From: a virus
Reading direction: 5' to 3' (one strand)
DNA: 64,000 nucleotides
Virus record (IMG/VR): IMGVR_UViG_3300022822_000017
Coordinates: 3,839-67,838 of that record
A program made the position numbers and the translations under genes. Every line of letters begins with the position of its first letter. Within the stretch, counting starts at the first letter, position 1. A model generated the notes under the pieces. The model was given only the letters and a program-made list of their open reading frames with translations. It had not been told where the DNA came from and searched no databases. Positions 9,202 to 19,222 of the stretch are shown piece by piece.

Positions 9202-10647
9202 ATGGTAGGTAACAAATTAATTACCAAACAAATGCCTTGGCATGCTAACATGACAGAGATGAACCATTTAGGTAAAGCTCTTATTGCAAAGCCAGACAAG
9301 TTTGAGTCAAAAATTGGACAGTTGTTTACAGCTGAAAAGTATTCTGATAACCCTTTAACTGCTATGGCACTTAAAGAAGGTAGAGAGGAAAACACCAATT
9401 CTTCTATGTGGGAATGGGATATGCGTGCTGCAAGCACTAGACCTTTAGTAGTACTAGAAGATGTATCTCCTGGAGATACAACAAAAGGAAAGTTCAAAGG
9501 GACTTTCAAAATCAAATTAGATGAGAACTGGTATGAGCCAGGAGACATCATTACTCCAGGAACTACTAACAAGAAGTTCCAATGTAGAGTACAAGAAGAG
9601 CGTGTTCCTCATGGGAAAGGTTTTATCTACACTTTACGTTTGATGAGTGATAACCCACAATTGTTTATTCCTTCTATGTATTTCAAAGCAGGAACACAAT
9701 GGGGTAAATTGTATTCTCAATATGCTGAAGCTGAAACTCAATCAGGTTCTACACAATATGCTTTGCCTATCACTATGGCAAACAGAATGTCTAGATTCAG
9801 AAAGAAGTACAAGGTTACAGGAGATGCACACAATGAGGTATTGGCTGTAAAGATTCCAGACTCAATGGGTACTTACCATGATTCATGGGTTAAGTATGCA
9901 GAGGTAGAGTACTGGCAACAATGGTACAGAGAAATTGAAAGAGGATACTGGTACTCAAGAAGTACAGATTCAGTATTATCTGCCAATGGTAGACCAATCA
10001 GAACAGGACCAGGATTACAAGAGATGTTAGAAGATTCTCACACACAGCGTTATTCTCACTTAACTGCAAGGTTAATTGAAGAGTACTTAATGGGTATTTT
10101 CTACTCAAGAGTTAAGCCAGGTGCTGCAAGAAAAATCAAAGGATATTCAGGTGAATATGGAATGATTAACTTCCACAGAGCTATACAAGATTGGGCAACT
10201 AAAACTGGATTTATTCAGGTGGTACAAGATTTATTTATCCAGAAGGGTTCTTCTGAATACAATGATAATGCTGTATCTGCAGGTTACCAATTCACAAAAT
10301 ACAGAATGGCAAATGGTGCTGAATTAGAATTAATTCACAATCCACTTTATGATGATAGAGAAATCAATTTTGAAATTGACCCTGTTACAGGTTACCCTCT
10401 TGAATCTCAAAGAATCACATTCTTAGATTTCTCAGGAGAAGGTAAATCTTCTAACTGTAGAATAGTAAACAAAAACAAGTCATACAAACTTGGGTATGTT
10501 GCTGGTTTGACCAACCCTTATGGTCCTAATGATGGAAAGTTAATGAGCCATTCAGGTGACTTCTATGAAATGCATGTTGAGAAACAATCAGGTATGCACA
10601 TTGAAGACATTGGAAGATGTGGTGAATTAATCCTTTCTAGAAACTAG
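9202..10647 (+). CDS. major capsid protein (crAss-like)
   Basis: 481 aa; TGPGLQEMLE and ELIHNPLYDD motifs; synteny; followed by a strong terminator. Confidence 0.9.
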   Translation: MVGNKLITKQMPWHANMTEMNHLGKALIAKPDKFESKIGQLFTAEKYSDNPLTAMALKEGREENTNSSMWEWDMRAASTRPLVVLEDVSPGDTTKGKFKGTFKIKLDENWYEPGDIITPGTTNKKFQCRVQEERVPHGKGFIYTLRLMSDNPQLFIPSMYFKAGTQWGKLYSQYAEAETQSGSTQYALPITMANRMSRFRKKYKVTGDAHNEVLAVKIPDSMGTYHDSWVKYAEVEYWQQWYREIERGYWYSRSTDSVLSANGRPIRTGPGLQEMLEDSHTQRYSHLTARLIEEYLMGIFYSRVKPGAARKIKGYSGEYGMINFHRAIQDWATKTGFIQVVQDLFIQKGSSEYNDNAVSAGYQFTKYRMANGAELELIHNPLYDDREINFEIDPVTGYPLESQRITFLDFSGEGKSSNCRIVNKNKSYKLGYVAGLTNPYGPNDGKLMSHSGDFYEMHVEKQSGMHIEDIGRCGELILSRN

Positions 10648-10666
10648 GAACAAAAGGACAACTTAG

Positions 10667-10698
10667 AGTCAGGGATTGAGTTCCCTGACTTTATTTTA
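10667..10698 (+). terminator. intrinsic terminator after MCP
   Basis: Stem AGTCAGGGA / TCCCTGACT with 6-nt loop, then TTATTTT. Confidence 0.85.
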
Positions 10699-10794
10699 TA
10701 CCATCAGAGAAGATGATTAAAATCAAATACTAAGTTCATTAACATACAATGAAAAGAACTATATACAAGAATTAATATTTATAAGCAAAACATT

Positions 10795-11589
10795 ATGGCA
10801 AAAGTAGAAATTAGACCATTAAGTATTCCAAAATGGCATGGTAAAACAGATCAGGAATCTTTCACACAACCACATACAATAGAAGCTTTATATGACCACA
10901 ATACAGGTGGTTATGCAACTGGACTAACTGAACAAGAAGTAGAAAAGTATCAAAAAAAGTTAAAAGTAGACTTATCAAGTACTTTCAATCAAGATGAACC
11001 ACACTCTTTCTGGAACAGCAAGATGGGTTCAATTAAATTGGAGAATGCAACAATGATCTTAGATGATGCAATTGCACTTGAATTTGTCAGAGTTAAAATG
11101 CTTAAAGCAAGCAAGTATGTTGCTAACAGTATGAAAGATTGGGAGAATGGATTGTACCCTGAAGCTACACATGTAATTTTTGATGAATCTGAAGAAGAGA
11201 ACATCAAAGCAAGTAAAGCTAAGAAAAGACAGGCTGCAGTTAAATTATCCTTAGACCTCTCTAAAGATGCACAAGCTAGTATCATTCAGATATTAACTAA
11301 CAAATCTGTAAGAGGTAAAAGTGACAACTATTTGGTTGGGGAGATTGATGACCTTATTAAAGATAGATTGGATGACTTCCTAAGAGAAGCTAGTAAAGAC
11401 AAGAAAGACTTGTTTACTACAGCAGCAGTTATGGAAGCAATTCACAGAAATATCTTGACAAAAGAAGGTACAGCAGTTTTCTATCTATCAGATAAGATTG
11501 GCTATGATTTTGAATCAGCTGTTGAATGGTTCCAAGATCCACAGAACCAAAACATGAAGACTAGCATCTTAGGTAAACTAAATAGTTAG
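10795..11589 (+). CDS. conserved crAss-like protein downstream of MCP
   Basis: 264 aa; synteny. Confidence 0.65.
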   Translation: MAKVEIRPLSIPKWHGKTDQESFTQPHTIEALYDHNTGGYATGLTEQEVEKYQKKLKVDLSSTFNQDEPHSFWNSKMGSIKLENATMILDDAIALEFVRVKMLKASKYVANSMKDWENGLYPEATHVIFDESEEENIKASKAKKRQAAVKLSLDLSKDAQASIIQILTNKSVRGKSDNYLVGEIDDLIKDRLDDFLREASKDKKDLFTTAAVMEAIHRNILTKEGTAVFYLSDKIGYDFESAVEWFQDPQNQNMKTSILGKLNS

Positions 11590-11608
11590 ACTTCTAAAAC
11601 AATTAAAA

Positions 11609-12328
11609 ATGAATATAAAAGAAATGCATTATGATTTTAAGAGTAAGCTTAATAAGCTAGACTCACAACAATACAGAAACTTAAAGGTTCCTGAGATTGA
11701 TTGGAAGATTAATGAAGCAATTGAACTATTCACTAAGATTGTGGCTGAACCCAAATTTGCAACCAGATTAGGGTTTGAAATAAGTCAGAGAGTAATTGAT
11801 GATATCAGAACTATTGTTGTTAACTCAAAGTCCTTGACTAAGACTACAGAAGATGCAGACACTGCTATCTTTAGTTTACCAAGTGATTACTTTAATTATG
11901 TAAGCACAGGTAAATTAATAATGAAAAGTGGAGCATGTGAACTAGCTGCAGACAAGGTATTTGTAAGACAACATGATGATAGTTTTCAAGTAAGTTCATT
12001 TGATAAAAGCTCTTTCCTTTGGAGAGAAGTTAACATCAGATTTTTTAATGGAGGTATAAAGGTGTTCACATCTGGAGAGTTTTCTGTAAAAAGTTTTAAT
12101 ATAGATTACATCAAACAACCTGTATCTGTGAATAACAGTGAAAGTTTTGTGGGAGGTAGCTATAAAACTTTGGCAGGAGTGGTTCTATCTACTAATGTAG
12201 ATTGTGACTTACCTAGTACAGTCCACAGAGAAATTATAGATTTAGCTGTAGCTATAGCATCAGGTGATTTACAAGTTCCTGATTTAACAATTAAAAAAGA
12301 TAAGTTGAATTATAATCAACTTTCATAA
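11609..12328 (+). CDS. tail ring / head-tail connector protein (crAss-like)
   Basis: EIDWKINEA...LPSDY...DYIKQP...CDLPSTVHREIIDLAVAIA pattern typical of crAss ring proteins. Confidence 0.7.
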   Translation: MNIKEMHYDFKSKLNKLDSQQYRNLKVPEIDWKINEAIELFTKIVAEPKFATRLGFEISQRVIDDIRTIVVNSKSLTKTTEDADTAIFSLPSDYFNYVSTGKLIMKSGACELAADKVFVRQHDDSFQVSSFDKSSFLWREVNIRFFNGGIKVFTSGEFSVKSFNIDYIKQPVSVNNSESFVGGSYKTLAGVVLSTNVDCDLPSTVHREIIDLAVAIASGDLQVPDLTIKKDKLNYNQLS

Positions 12329-12352
12329 GTCAAACATTTAAAATTAAAAATT

Positions 12353-13384
12353 ATGTCAAGAAACAATGATGTTTTTACAGTATTAATTCCAACAGTTGCA
12401 ACAATTGCAGTAGCAGGAACAGGCTTAGGTGCCTTAGCAGAAGGTGCTCTTGGAGCATTTGATTATGATACAAACTTAGCAGTAGATGGACCAGTAGATA
12501 AGTTCTTCTTTGCAGTAGGTATTAAAGATTTAGATGGTGTCTCTGACATCAACAGATCAGGTGGTACACACATCCAATCAAGAAACATAGTATCTTTAAC
12601 AAGCAACTGTTATACTGCACCTGTGCAGATGGTTACAGCTAGTGAGTTGAAAGTTATGCGTTGTGGTGGAGAAGTAGGTGTAAAAGTTGAAATCAGAAAC
12701 CAAGAAGCTTACAGATTAAATGGTTACAATCAAGTTGTAAAAAACTTTATAGTACCAACATCTGAATGTGTTGATTGTGATTCTACTTGTGAGGATGAAA
12801 ATTCTGCTGCAGTTTTACAAAGCTTAGTTGATTTAATCAATGATGATGCTGATAAAGTTGTAGTTGCAAGTATTACAAGTGTAACTGCAAATTCAGTAGT
12901 AACTCAAAGTTTAGTTATGACTGTTAATCCTAAATCATTGAAGAAATTCTCTGAAATTAACTTAGGATACTTTTTCCCTAACCAAACAGAAATCATTGTG
13001 ACTTCTACAAAAGGGTTTAAGAATGCTACTATTACTACACCAATGGTGTATGAAGAAGGAGCAGGAACAGATGTTAAGCAATTAGAGTATGTTGCTAATG
13101 GATGGAAGAACAGTACTCCTTACAGAGTGTCTCCTTTAAATGGAGTTGCTTTAGAAGGTGCACAGTACTTTGCTGACCAAGATAAGAAGTATGATTTGAT
13201 ACACTTAAGTTATGACCAAGTTTCTGTTTCAGGATGGGAATCTAATGCTCATTTCATGAGAACAATCATTGCAACTTCTAATGAAGCAGGAGCTTTAAGT
13301 AAGAATGTAGGAGATTTTGTCAATGTAATGACAGCTGGTAAAGTTGATGCTATTGAAGTATGTGACAACCAACCTTCTTCTTAG
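12353..13384 (+). CDS. abundant structural protein (auxiliary capsid-like)
   Basis: 343 aa, beta-rich; last gene before a terminator; synteny with the crAss auxiliary capsid gene. Confidence 0.55.
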   Translation: MSRNNDVFTVLIPTVATIAVAGTGLGALAEGALGAFDYDTNLAVDGPVDKFFFAVGIKDLDGVSDINRSGGTHIQSRNIVSLTSNCYTAPVQMVTASELKVMRCGGEVGVKVEIRNQEAYRLNGYNQVVKNFIVPTSECVDCDSTCEDENSAAVLQSLVDLINDDADKVVVASITSVTANSVVTQSLVMTVNPKSLKKFSEINLGYFFPNQTEIIVTSTKGFKNATITTPMVYEEGAGTDVKQLEYVANGWKNSTPYRVSPLNGVALEGAQYFADQDKKYDLIHLSYDQVSVSGWESNAHFMRTIIATSNEAGALSKNVGDFVNVMTAGKVDAIEVCDNQPSS

Positions 13385-13403
13385 TATTCTTTAAATTAAT
13401 ATA

Positions 13404-13441
13404 AATAGGGGTTAAGGATAAACCTTAACCCTTATTTTTTT
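13404..13441 (+). terminator. intrinsic terminator
   Basis: Stem GGGTTAAGG / CCTTAACCC, loop ATAAA, then T-run. Confidence 0.85.
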
Positions 13442-13471
13442 AGTATCTTACAAACACTTAAAAATCTTAAG

Positions 13472-14413
13472 ATGGCAGACGTAAATCATACATTAACTAC
13501 ACTACAAGATGTTAACTACATCTTAAACAATGAGCCTACAGCCATTGGATTTACTCTCTCTGAGATAGACCCTTGTACAGCAGATAAGACCATTTTAGTA
13601 GGTACTATTGAGCCTGGGGTTAACTACAAGTTACCTATAAAAGTAGATGGCAGGTATAGTGTAAAGCTAGAACTGTTAGATACTGAATCTACTATTATAA
13701 TAAACCATTATGTAAAGTTACAATTATCAACTATAGAGAGCATATTTTCTGTTACCTGTGATTGTGGTTGTGGATGTGCAGATTGCACAGACCTAAACTT
13801 AGACATATACAAAGCACTACTAGCAACAAGAAATAAGATAGATACCTTAAAATATTTGTCTTCTCCTAAGTATGACTCTTTCTTTCAGAAAGTTCATAAG
13901 GGAATTAGTTGTTTAATAGAGCCACAAATTTATTGTGACATTACTACAGAATCTGTAACAGGTGTATCACAATACAATTCACAACTTACTAAAGATTTGA
14001 TATCTTTAGATTATTTAATAATGTACTTTGCTGACCTTAGAGATGTTTCAGATTTAGATGAGATTGCTTACATCAATGATAAGTATCAATCAGAGTCTAT
14101 ACTTTGTTGTATAAACTCTTCTGGAGTTAACATCAAAGAAATACAAGACATAGTAAATAGCACAACAACTACTACTTTATGTCCTGTATGTCCTGAGTAC
14201 ACAACAACAGCTTGTCCAACAACAACAACCACTACCACTGAAGAAGTAACAACTACTGAAGATCCAGTAACAACTACTACTACAGAGGACCCAGTTACAA
14301 CAACAACTAGTACAAGTACAACAACAACAACTAGCACCACAACAAGCACAACTACAACTACCACAGCAGCACCAGATGATTGTGAGTTAGTAGGAACTGC
14401 AGATGAGGTATAA
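13472..14413 (+). CDS. putative virion fibre-anchor protein with Cys cluster and Thr-rich linker
   Basis: CDCGCGCADC; poly-Thr tract near the C-terminus; ends in DCELVGTADEV. Confidence 0.6.
   Translation: MADVNHTLTTLQDVNYILNNEPTAIGFTLSEIDPCTADKTILVGTIEPGVNYKLPIKVDGRYSVKLELLDTESTIIINHYVKLQLSTIESIFSVTCDCGCGCADCTDLNLDIYKALLATRNKIDTLKYLSSPKYDSFFQKVHKGISCLIEPQIYCDITTESVTGVSQYNSQLTKDLISLDYLIMYFADLRDVSDLDEIAYINDKYQSESILCCINSSGVNIKEIQDIVNSTTTTTLCPVCPEYTTTACPTTTTTTTEEVTTTEDPVTTTTTEDPVTTTTSTSTTTTTSTTTSTTTTTTAAPDDCELVGTADEV
14160..14365 (+). repeat. ACN-rich low-complexity tract encoding mucin-like Thr/Ser linker
   Basis: TTTTTTTEEVTTTEDPVTTTTTEDPVTTTTSTSTTTT. Confidence 0.85.
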
Positions 14414-14428
14414 AATAATTATAGAGAT

Positions 14429-15163
14429 ATGACAATAATATTGACATTAACAACAGCAGGTATAGACACTACTGCTTTTAATCTTTATTCCAATGCAGAC
14501 AGTTATACTGCTATACAAGATACTGCCACTAGAGCAGAATTGATGGCAGGTAAAACAGTTACAATGCCAGCAGGTACTACAGCAATAAAATGTGTAGCTA
14601 CAGGTGAGTGTTCTTCTGAATTGTTTGTATCAGTAATAAACAAGTTAGCTCCATCAGGTTCTATCTCTGGAGGAGATTTATTAACATGTGTTAATACAAG
14701 TAACATCTTAACTGCAAATGTAGTTTACCAAGGTACACCTTCTTACTTGTGGTCTCCAGGAGGAGCAACTACACAAAACTTAACTGTCAATAGTCCAGGT
14801 ACATATTCAGTACAGGTTACAGATAGTTACAATAACAAGACAAGTACTATCACTAAAATAGTTTCAGAAAATGTAATAGCACCTTCAGTCAACATAGTTG
14901 AGACAGGTTCATTACCAGGTTCTGTAACACTAAGTGCAAGTGGGTCTACTGCACAAGGTAGTAAGACTTATTTGTGGAGTACAGGAGAAACTTCTGCTAA
15001 CATTATAGTAAATGGACCAGGAGTGTATGATGTTACAGTAACAGGAGGACTTAATGGATGTACAGCTAATCAGAGCATACAAGTTCTTGATTGCTCAATG
15101 ATAGGGACAATAGAAGATGTTACCCCAGAATGTGAAATGGAAGGTAATGCAGAAGAAGTATAA
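14429..15163 (+). CDS. putative virion decoration/fibre protein with two Ig-like (SprB/PKD-like) repeats
   Basis: YLWSPGGATTQNLTVNSPGTYSVQVTD and YLWSTGETSANIIVNGPGVYDVTVTG. Confidence 0.7.
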   Translation: MTIILTLTTAGIDTTAFNLYSNADSYTAIQDTATRAELMAGKTVTMPAGTTAIKCVATGECSSELFVSVINKLAPSGSISGGDLLTCVNTSNILTANVVYQGTPSYLWSPGGATTQNLTVNSPGTYSVQVTDSYNNKTSTITKIVSENVIAPSVNIVETGSLPGSVTLSASGSTAQGSKTYLWSTGETSANIIVNGPGVYDVTVTGGLNGCTANQSIQVLDCSMIGTIEDVTPECEMEGNAEEV

Positions 15164-15184
15164 ACAAGTTAACAATTATAAATT

Positions 15185-16093
15185 ATGATAACAAAAATAA
15201 CATTAACAACAGCAGGGATTGATACTACATCATTTACTTTGCATTCAGATGCAGACAATTATGCTGCAACTCTTGCAACTGTAAGTAGGTCTCAATTACT
15301 AGCAGGGTATGATGTTACAGTTCCTAGTGGCACAACAATAGTTAAAGTACAAGCTACAGGAGCTTGTTCTACTAGCATTTTGTTGTCAATAACAGCTACA
15401 ACTGCAGCACCTGCAAATTGTCAAGTATGGACAGCTACAATGGCTGGACAAGTTCAATCAGGAGAAAGCATGACAGTTAATGCTGTTCTTTGTGATGGAA
15501 ACAGTATTACTTATGTTTTATATGAAGGAGAGTCTGTAAACTTCTGTGGTACTATAACTAGTAGCACACTTAATGGAGGAACACTAACCTCTGGTTCAGC
15601 TTGTACTTCTGCTTACAGAAGTGTAGTACTTGCATCTAGTGGGAACAATGATTACAGTGCTTGTGCTTCATCAAGTTACACAAATTTCTATATGCCTAAT
15701 GGTTCAAGACTATTAACTGCAACAAACATTTTTAGTGCTGCAAGTGGTGGAACAAGACCAGGTGCACTTTTCTTTAGAGAAGCATCTACAATAGGTTGGA
15801 GACAATGGACTGGAACTGCATTTGGAGGACAAGGAGAATGTGTTTCTACAGATTGTAAAACATGGACATTGACTAGTAGTAATCATCCATCAGGAGAGTT
15901 TACTGAAATAAGATATACTCCTTGTGAAGGAGGTCCTCAGATAACAATAACTACTGGAGGTCAGACAAGTCAATCTTTCTGTGCTGATATAGACTTTATA
16001 GAGATAGTAGATATGCCAGGATGGGATGGAGTTAAAGATGACAACATGGTTGGTGGATACAGTAATTTAACAGCAACAAGTCAAAGCTGTTAA
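15185..16093 (+). CDS. Cys/Thr-rich putative fibre/adhesin protein
   Basis: N-terminal ~70 aa paralogous to 14429 ORF (TLTTAGIDTT); small Cys-paired beta modules. Confidence 0.65.
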   Translation: MITKITLTTAGIDTTSFTLHSDADNYAATLATVSRSQLLAGYDVTVPSGTTIVKVQATGACSTSILLSITATTAAPANCQVWTATMAGQVQSGESMTVNAVLCDGNSITYVLYEGESVNFCGTITSSTLNGGTLTSGSACTSAYRSVVLASSGNNDYSACASSSYTNFYMPNGSRLLTATNIFSAASGGTRPGALFFREASTIGWRQWTGTAFGGQGECVSTDCKTWTLTSSNHPSGEFTEIRYTPCEGGPQITITTGGQTSQSFCADIDFIEIVDMPGWDGVKDDNMVGGYSNLTATSQSC

Positions 16094-16536
16094 TGACTGA
16101 TGAACTAATTAAATTAATAAAACAACTTGTAAAGGTCACCCATTCAAGGGTGATCTTTGTAGGGAGTTTTGTAGACACCATAAGAGGTATATCTGGAACA
16201 CCAAGAGATATAGACATTATTGTAAGAAAAGAAGACTTAGCTGCCTTAGAAGTTCTAGGAGAAGTTATCCCTTTAAAATACAATCCTATGTTTAAAGGTA
16301 GAGAAAGATATTTCATAAAGACTGAAGTTATACCTATAGATGTATTTGTAGGAGATGGTCATTTAAGTGGTGCCACATTTGAAGATGTACTAGTAGGAGA
16401 AACACTTGTAAAGGTGTACTCTAAAGAAAGTGAAATAGAATCAGCTGCAAAGCTTGCAGAACATGTTGAATCAATTCATTTAAGTACCTCAAGAAAGTAT
16501 TTAAAAAGAGCAAACAAATTAAAAGAAAGACTATAG
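16093..16536 (+). CDS. nucleotidyltransferase-fold (Pol beta superfamily) protein
   Basis: VIFVGSF...TPRDIDIIV (hG[GS]...DxD) plus a third Asp in IPIDVF. Confidence 0.7.
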   Translation: MTDELIKLIKQLVKVTHSRVIFVGSFVDTIRGISGTPRDIDIIVRKEDLAALEVLGEVIPLKYNPMFKGRERYFIKTEVIPIDVFVGDGHLSGATFEDVLVGETLVKVYSKESEIESAAKLAEHVESIHLSTSRKYLKRANKLKERL

Positions 16537-17456
16537 TGAGATATATATGTGCACAACCTACTAACAATTACTATACTTGGCAAGTAGAGGTGTTGATACA
16601 GAACTTTAAAAAGCAAGGAGTTAATCCTAATCAGATTGATATCTTGTGTTCTACTACTACAGGGGAGATTCCTGAAGTATGGAAAAGGTTACAAGCACAT
16701 TATAACACTGTAAGGTTCTTCTTTTACAAAGACACAAGAAAGGATAAAAGTTATATACCTTCTATCTATTTTAATTTAATGAAAAATCACATGATGGCTC
16801 ACCCTGAATTAGAAAAAGAAAGGTTATTTTTACATGACAGTGATATAGTGTTTACTAGACCCCCAGAAGTTAGTTGGGTTGAAGGTAAAACCTGGTATAT
16901 GAGTGATACAAATTCATACATAAACTATGACTATATACAGAAGAAAGGAGATGACATCTATAAGATGATGTGTCAGATTATAGGGATAGACCCACTGATA
17001 CCAAAATTAATGAATAGTAACTCTGGTGGTGCACAGTATATAATCATAGGAGAGAACTGGAAGTTTTGGGAAAAGGTAGAAAGAAATAGCATTGAGTTGT
17101 ATTCTTATTTTAAAAGAGTTGAAAGCTCTTATGTTAAGAAGCATCAGAATGACTACCCCATACAGAAGTGGACTGCAGGAATGTGGTCATTGCTTTGGAA
17201 TGCTTGGAGAAATGGTCATGAAACCAAAGTAGATACAAGACTAGATTTTGGGTGGAGCACTCAAGATATTGATGTAACTAAAAAGAATTGGATTTTACAT
17301 AATGCAGGAGTGACTGACAATCAAAGTAGATTGTTTTTTAAAGGAGAGTACTTACACAAGTTGCCTTATAAAAGAATACTAGATATAGACAAAGACAAAG
17401 CTAGTTTCTATTATTGGACAGAAGTACAGGAAGCAGGTAAAAATACAATTTTATAA
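16536..17456 (+). CDS. GT-A glycosyltransferase, reminiscent of peptidyl O-glycosyltransferases (HPAT/SERGT-like)
   Basis: YYTWQ, LHDSDIVF (DxD), GGAQY, WTAGMWS, ILHNAG. Confidence 0.65.
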   Translation: MRYICAQPTNNYYTWQVEVLIQNFKKQGVNPNQIDILCSTTTGEIPEVWKRLQAHYNTVRFFFYKDTRKDKSYIPSIYFNLMKNHMMAHPELEKERLFLHDSDIVFTRPPEVSWVEGKTWYMSDTNSYINYDYIQKKGDDIYKMMCQIIGIDPLIPKLMNSNSGGAQYIIIGENWKFWEKVERNSIELYSYFKRVESSYVKKHQNDYPIQKWTAGMWSLLWNAWRNGHETKVDTRLDFGWSTQDIDVTKKNWILHNAGVTDNQSRLFFKGEYLHKLPYKRILDIDKDKASFYYWTEVQEAGKNTIL

Positions 17457-17474
17457 AACATAAACAATAAACCT

Positions 17475-17780
17475 ATGGCTAGCATCATTAAACAAATAGA
17501 TTACCTATACAGAGAGGTAAAATGCCTAAAAGCAAAACAGAGTGTACAAAGTGGTACAGGTGGTGGAGGAGCTGGAGGTAGTGGAGACAAACATCTTACA
17601 TACATTCAACCTGCTGAACTAGAAGAGTGGGTAATAGAACATAACTTAGACAAATATCCATCTACAGTAATTGTAGATGATAATGAAGTGGAAGTAGAAG
17701 CTTCAATTCAACACATTACCAGAAATAAATTAATAATAACATTCACACCTGGCTTCTCTGGAAAAGCCTACTTAAACTAA
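17475..17780 (+). CDS. small tail-fibre-associated protein
   Basis: WVIEHNLDKYPS...ITFTPGFSGKAYLN, a recurrent phage fibre module. Confidence 0.6.
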   Translation: MASIIKQIDYLYREVKCLKAKQSVQSGTGGGGAGGSGDKHLTYIQPAELEEWVIEHNLDKYPSTVIVDDNEVEVEASIQHITRNKLIITFTPGFSGKAYLN

Positions 17781-17786
17781 ACTACA

Positions 17787-18731
17787 ATGGCAGAAAGAAA
17801 ATTTCTATCAGATATTAATTTATCTGGAAATCAATTGCTGAGAGCTGTGTTTCACAATGCATCATCAGCACCAACATCACCAAAGGAAGGTCAAGCCTAC
17901 TTTAACACAGCAAGTAATACACTTTTAATCTATGCAGGAGGTTCTTGGGTAGATGCATTAGGTGCAAACTCAGCAACACAATTAGGAGATGGTACTAGAA
18001 ATGGTACTACCTATGGTATTGACTCTGATGGGTCTCAAGATGACATTATCTTACAAAGTGCAACTACCTCTTTAGCAGGTCTATTAAGTGCTGCTAAGTT
18101 CAATGAGATTGTAGCCAACAATGCTAAAGTGTCTAATGTAGATCACCCATTAGTTGAAGCACCAGTACCTTCTGATGCAGTGTTTACAGATACTGAAACA
18201 TTAACTACTTTAGGTTTGGCTGGAAACAACCTTACTTATGTAGATGAAAATGGAGATACAACTACTTTAGATTTAACTCTTTATTTAGATGATACTAATG
18301 CAGCAAGAATTGCAAGTGGAACTTTAAATGGTAGTACAGGTATTGCAACATTCACAAGAGATGATGCTAGTAGTTTTGAGATTAACATGTCTGCATTTTT
18401 AGATGCAATTACTCTAAACAATACTTTGACAAGTGATTCTACAACAGAAGGATTAACTGCAGCTCAAGGTAAGGTATTAAAAACATTAGCAGATTCAAAA
18501 GCTAAAAGATACTCAGGTACTTTTGGTAATGGTTCTTTACTTGTTTTATCAGTACCTGCTTCAACACACCAAGTAAATTCTAATGGACAATTTTCAGTTT
18601 TTACTGCACTTGTAAGTACAGGGGAACAAGTAGAATGTGAAGTTGTAATAAACTACACTAATGGAAACATTACAATTGAAACTAATGAAGCTGTTGGAAA
18701 TGCAGATTTATTAGTGACAGTAATTGGATAG
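17787..18731 (+). CDS. tail fibre-like structural protein
   Basis: APTSPKEGQAYFNT; ATTSLAGLLSAA; NTLTSDSTTEGLTAAQGKVLK fibre repeat. Confidence 0.7.
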   Translation: MAERKFLSDINLSGNQLLRAVFHNASSAPTSPKEGQAYFNTASNTLLIYAGGSWVDALGANSATQLGDGTRNGTTYGIDSDGSQDDIILQSATTSLAGLLSAAKFNEIVANNAKVSNVDHPLVEAPVPSDAVFTDTETLTTLGLAGNNLTYVDENGDTTTLDLTLYLDDTNAARIASGTLNGSTGIATFTRDDASSFEINMSAFLDAITLNNTLTSDSTTEGLTAAQGKVLKTLADSKAKRYSGTFGNGSLLVLSVPASTHQVNSNGQFSVFTALVSTGEQVECEVVINYTNGNITIETNEAVGNADLLVTVIG

Positions 18732-18761
18732 TTATCTGAGTAACATTTAAAAAACAATACA

Positions 18762-19211
18762 ATGGCAAAAAGAAAATTTATAGTTAATATAGAAGCTACC
18801 TCTTTCATAAAGAAGAATGGTACTTCCTCTCAGATTTTAAGGGCAGATGGAAGTGTGGATGGTAACATTTATACTTCTCTAAAAAGAGTGGGTAGTAACT
18901 TACCTACTACTGTTTCTAAGGTTTCAGGTAATCACACTATAGATTTTTCAGCTAACAATAACTTCCTGATAAATGCATCAGGAAGTTATAGTATTGTTGC
19001 TTCTATTTCAGCAGCAAATGTTGGTCAATCTGGCATGATTACTATAGTAAATTCTGCAGGAGTGACTCCAGGAAATTTACCTAGTAACCTTCTTACATCA
19101 AATGGACATGAACCAGCTTGGGTTACAGCAAGTGGTAAAACTTCCATATTATCTTATTATGTGATAAATGCAACACAGGCAATAGTAAATTACATTGGTG
19201 ACTTTTCTTAA
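18762..19211 (+). CDS. tail fibre-associated beta-rich protein
   Basis: SFIKKNGTSSQILRADGS fibre motif of Bacteroidota phages; C-terminal beta domain. Confidence 0.6.
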   Translation: MAKRKFIVNIEATSFIKKNGTSSQILRADGSVDGNIYTSLKRVGSNLPTTVSKVSGNHTIDFSANNNFLINASGSYSIVASISAANVGQSGMITIVNSAGVTPGNLPSNLLTSNGHEPAWVTASGKTSILSYYVINATQAIVNYIGDFS

Positions 19212-19222
19212 TATAAAGATAT

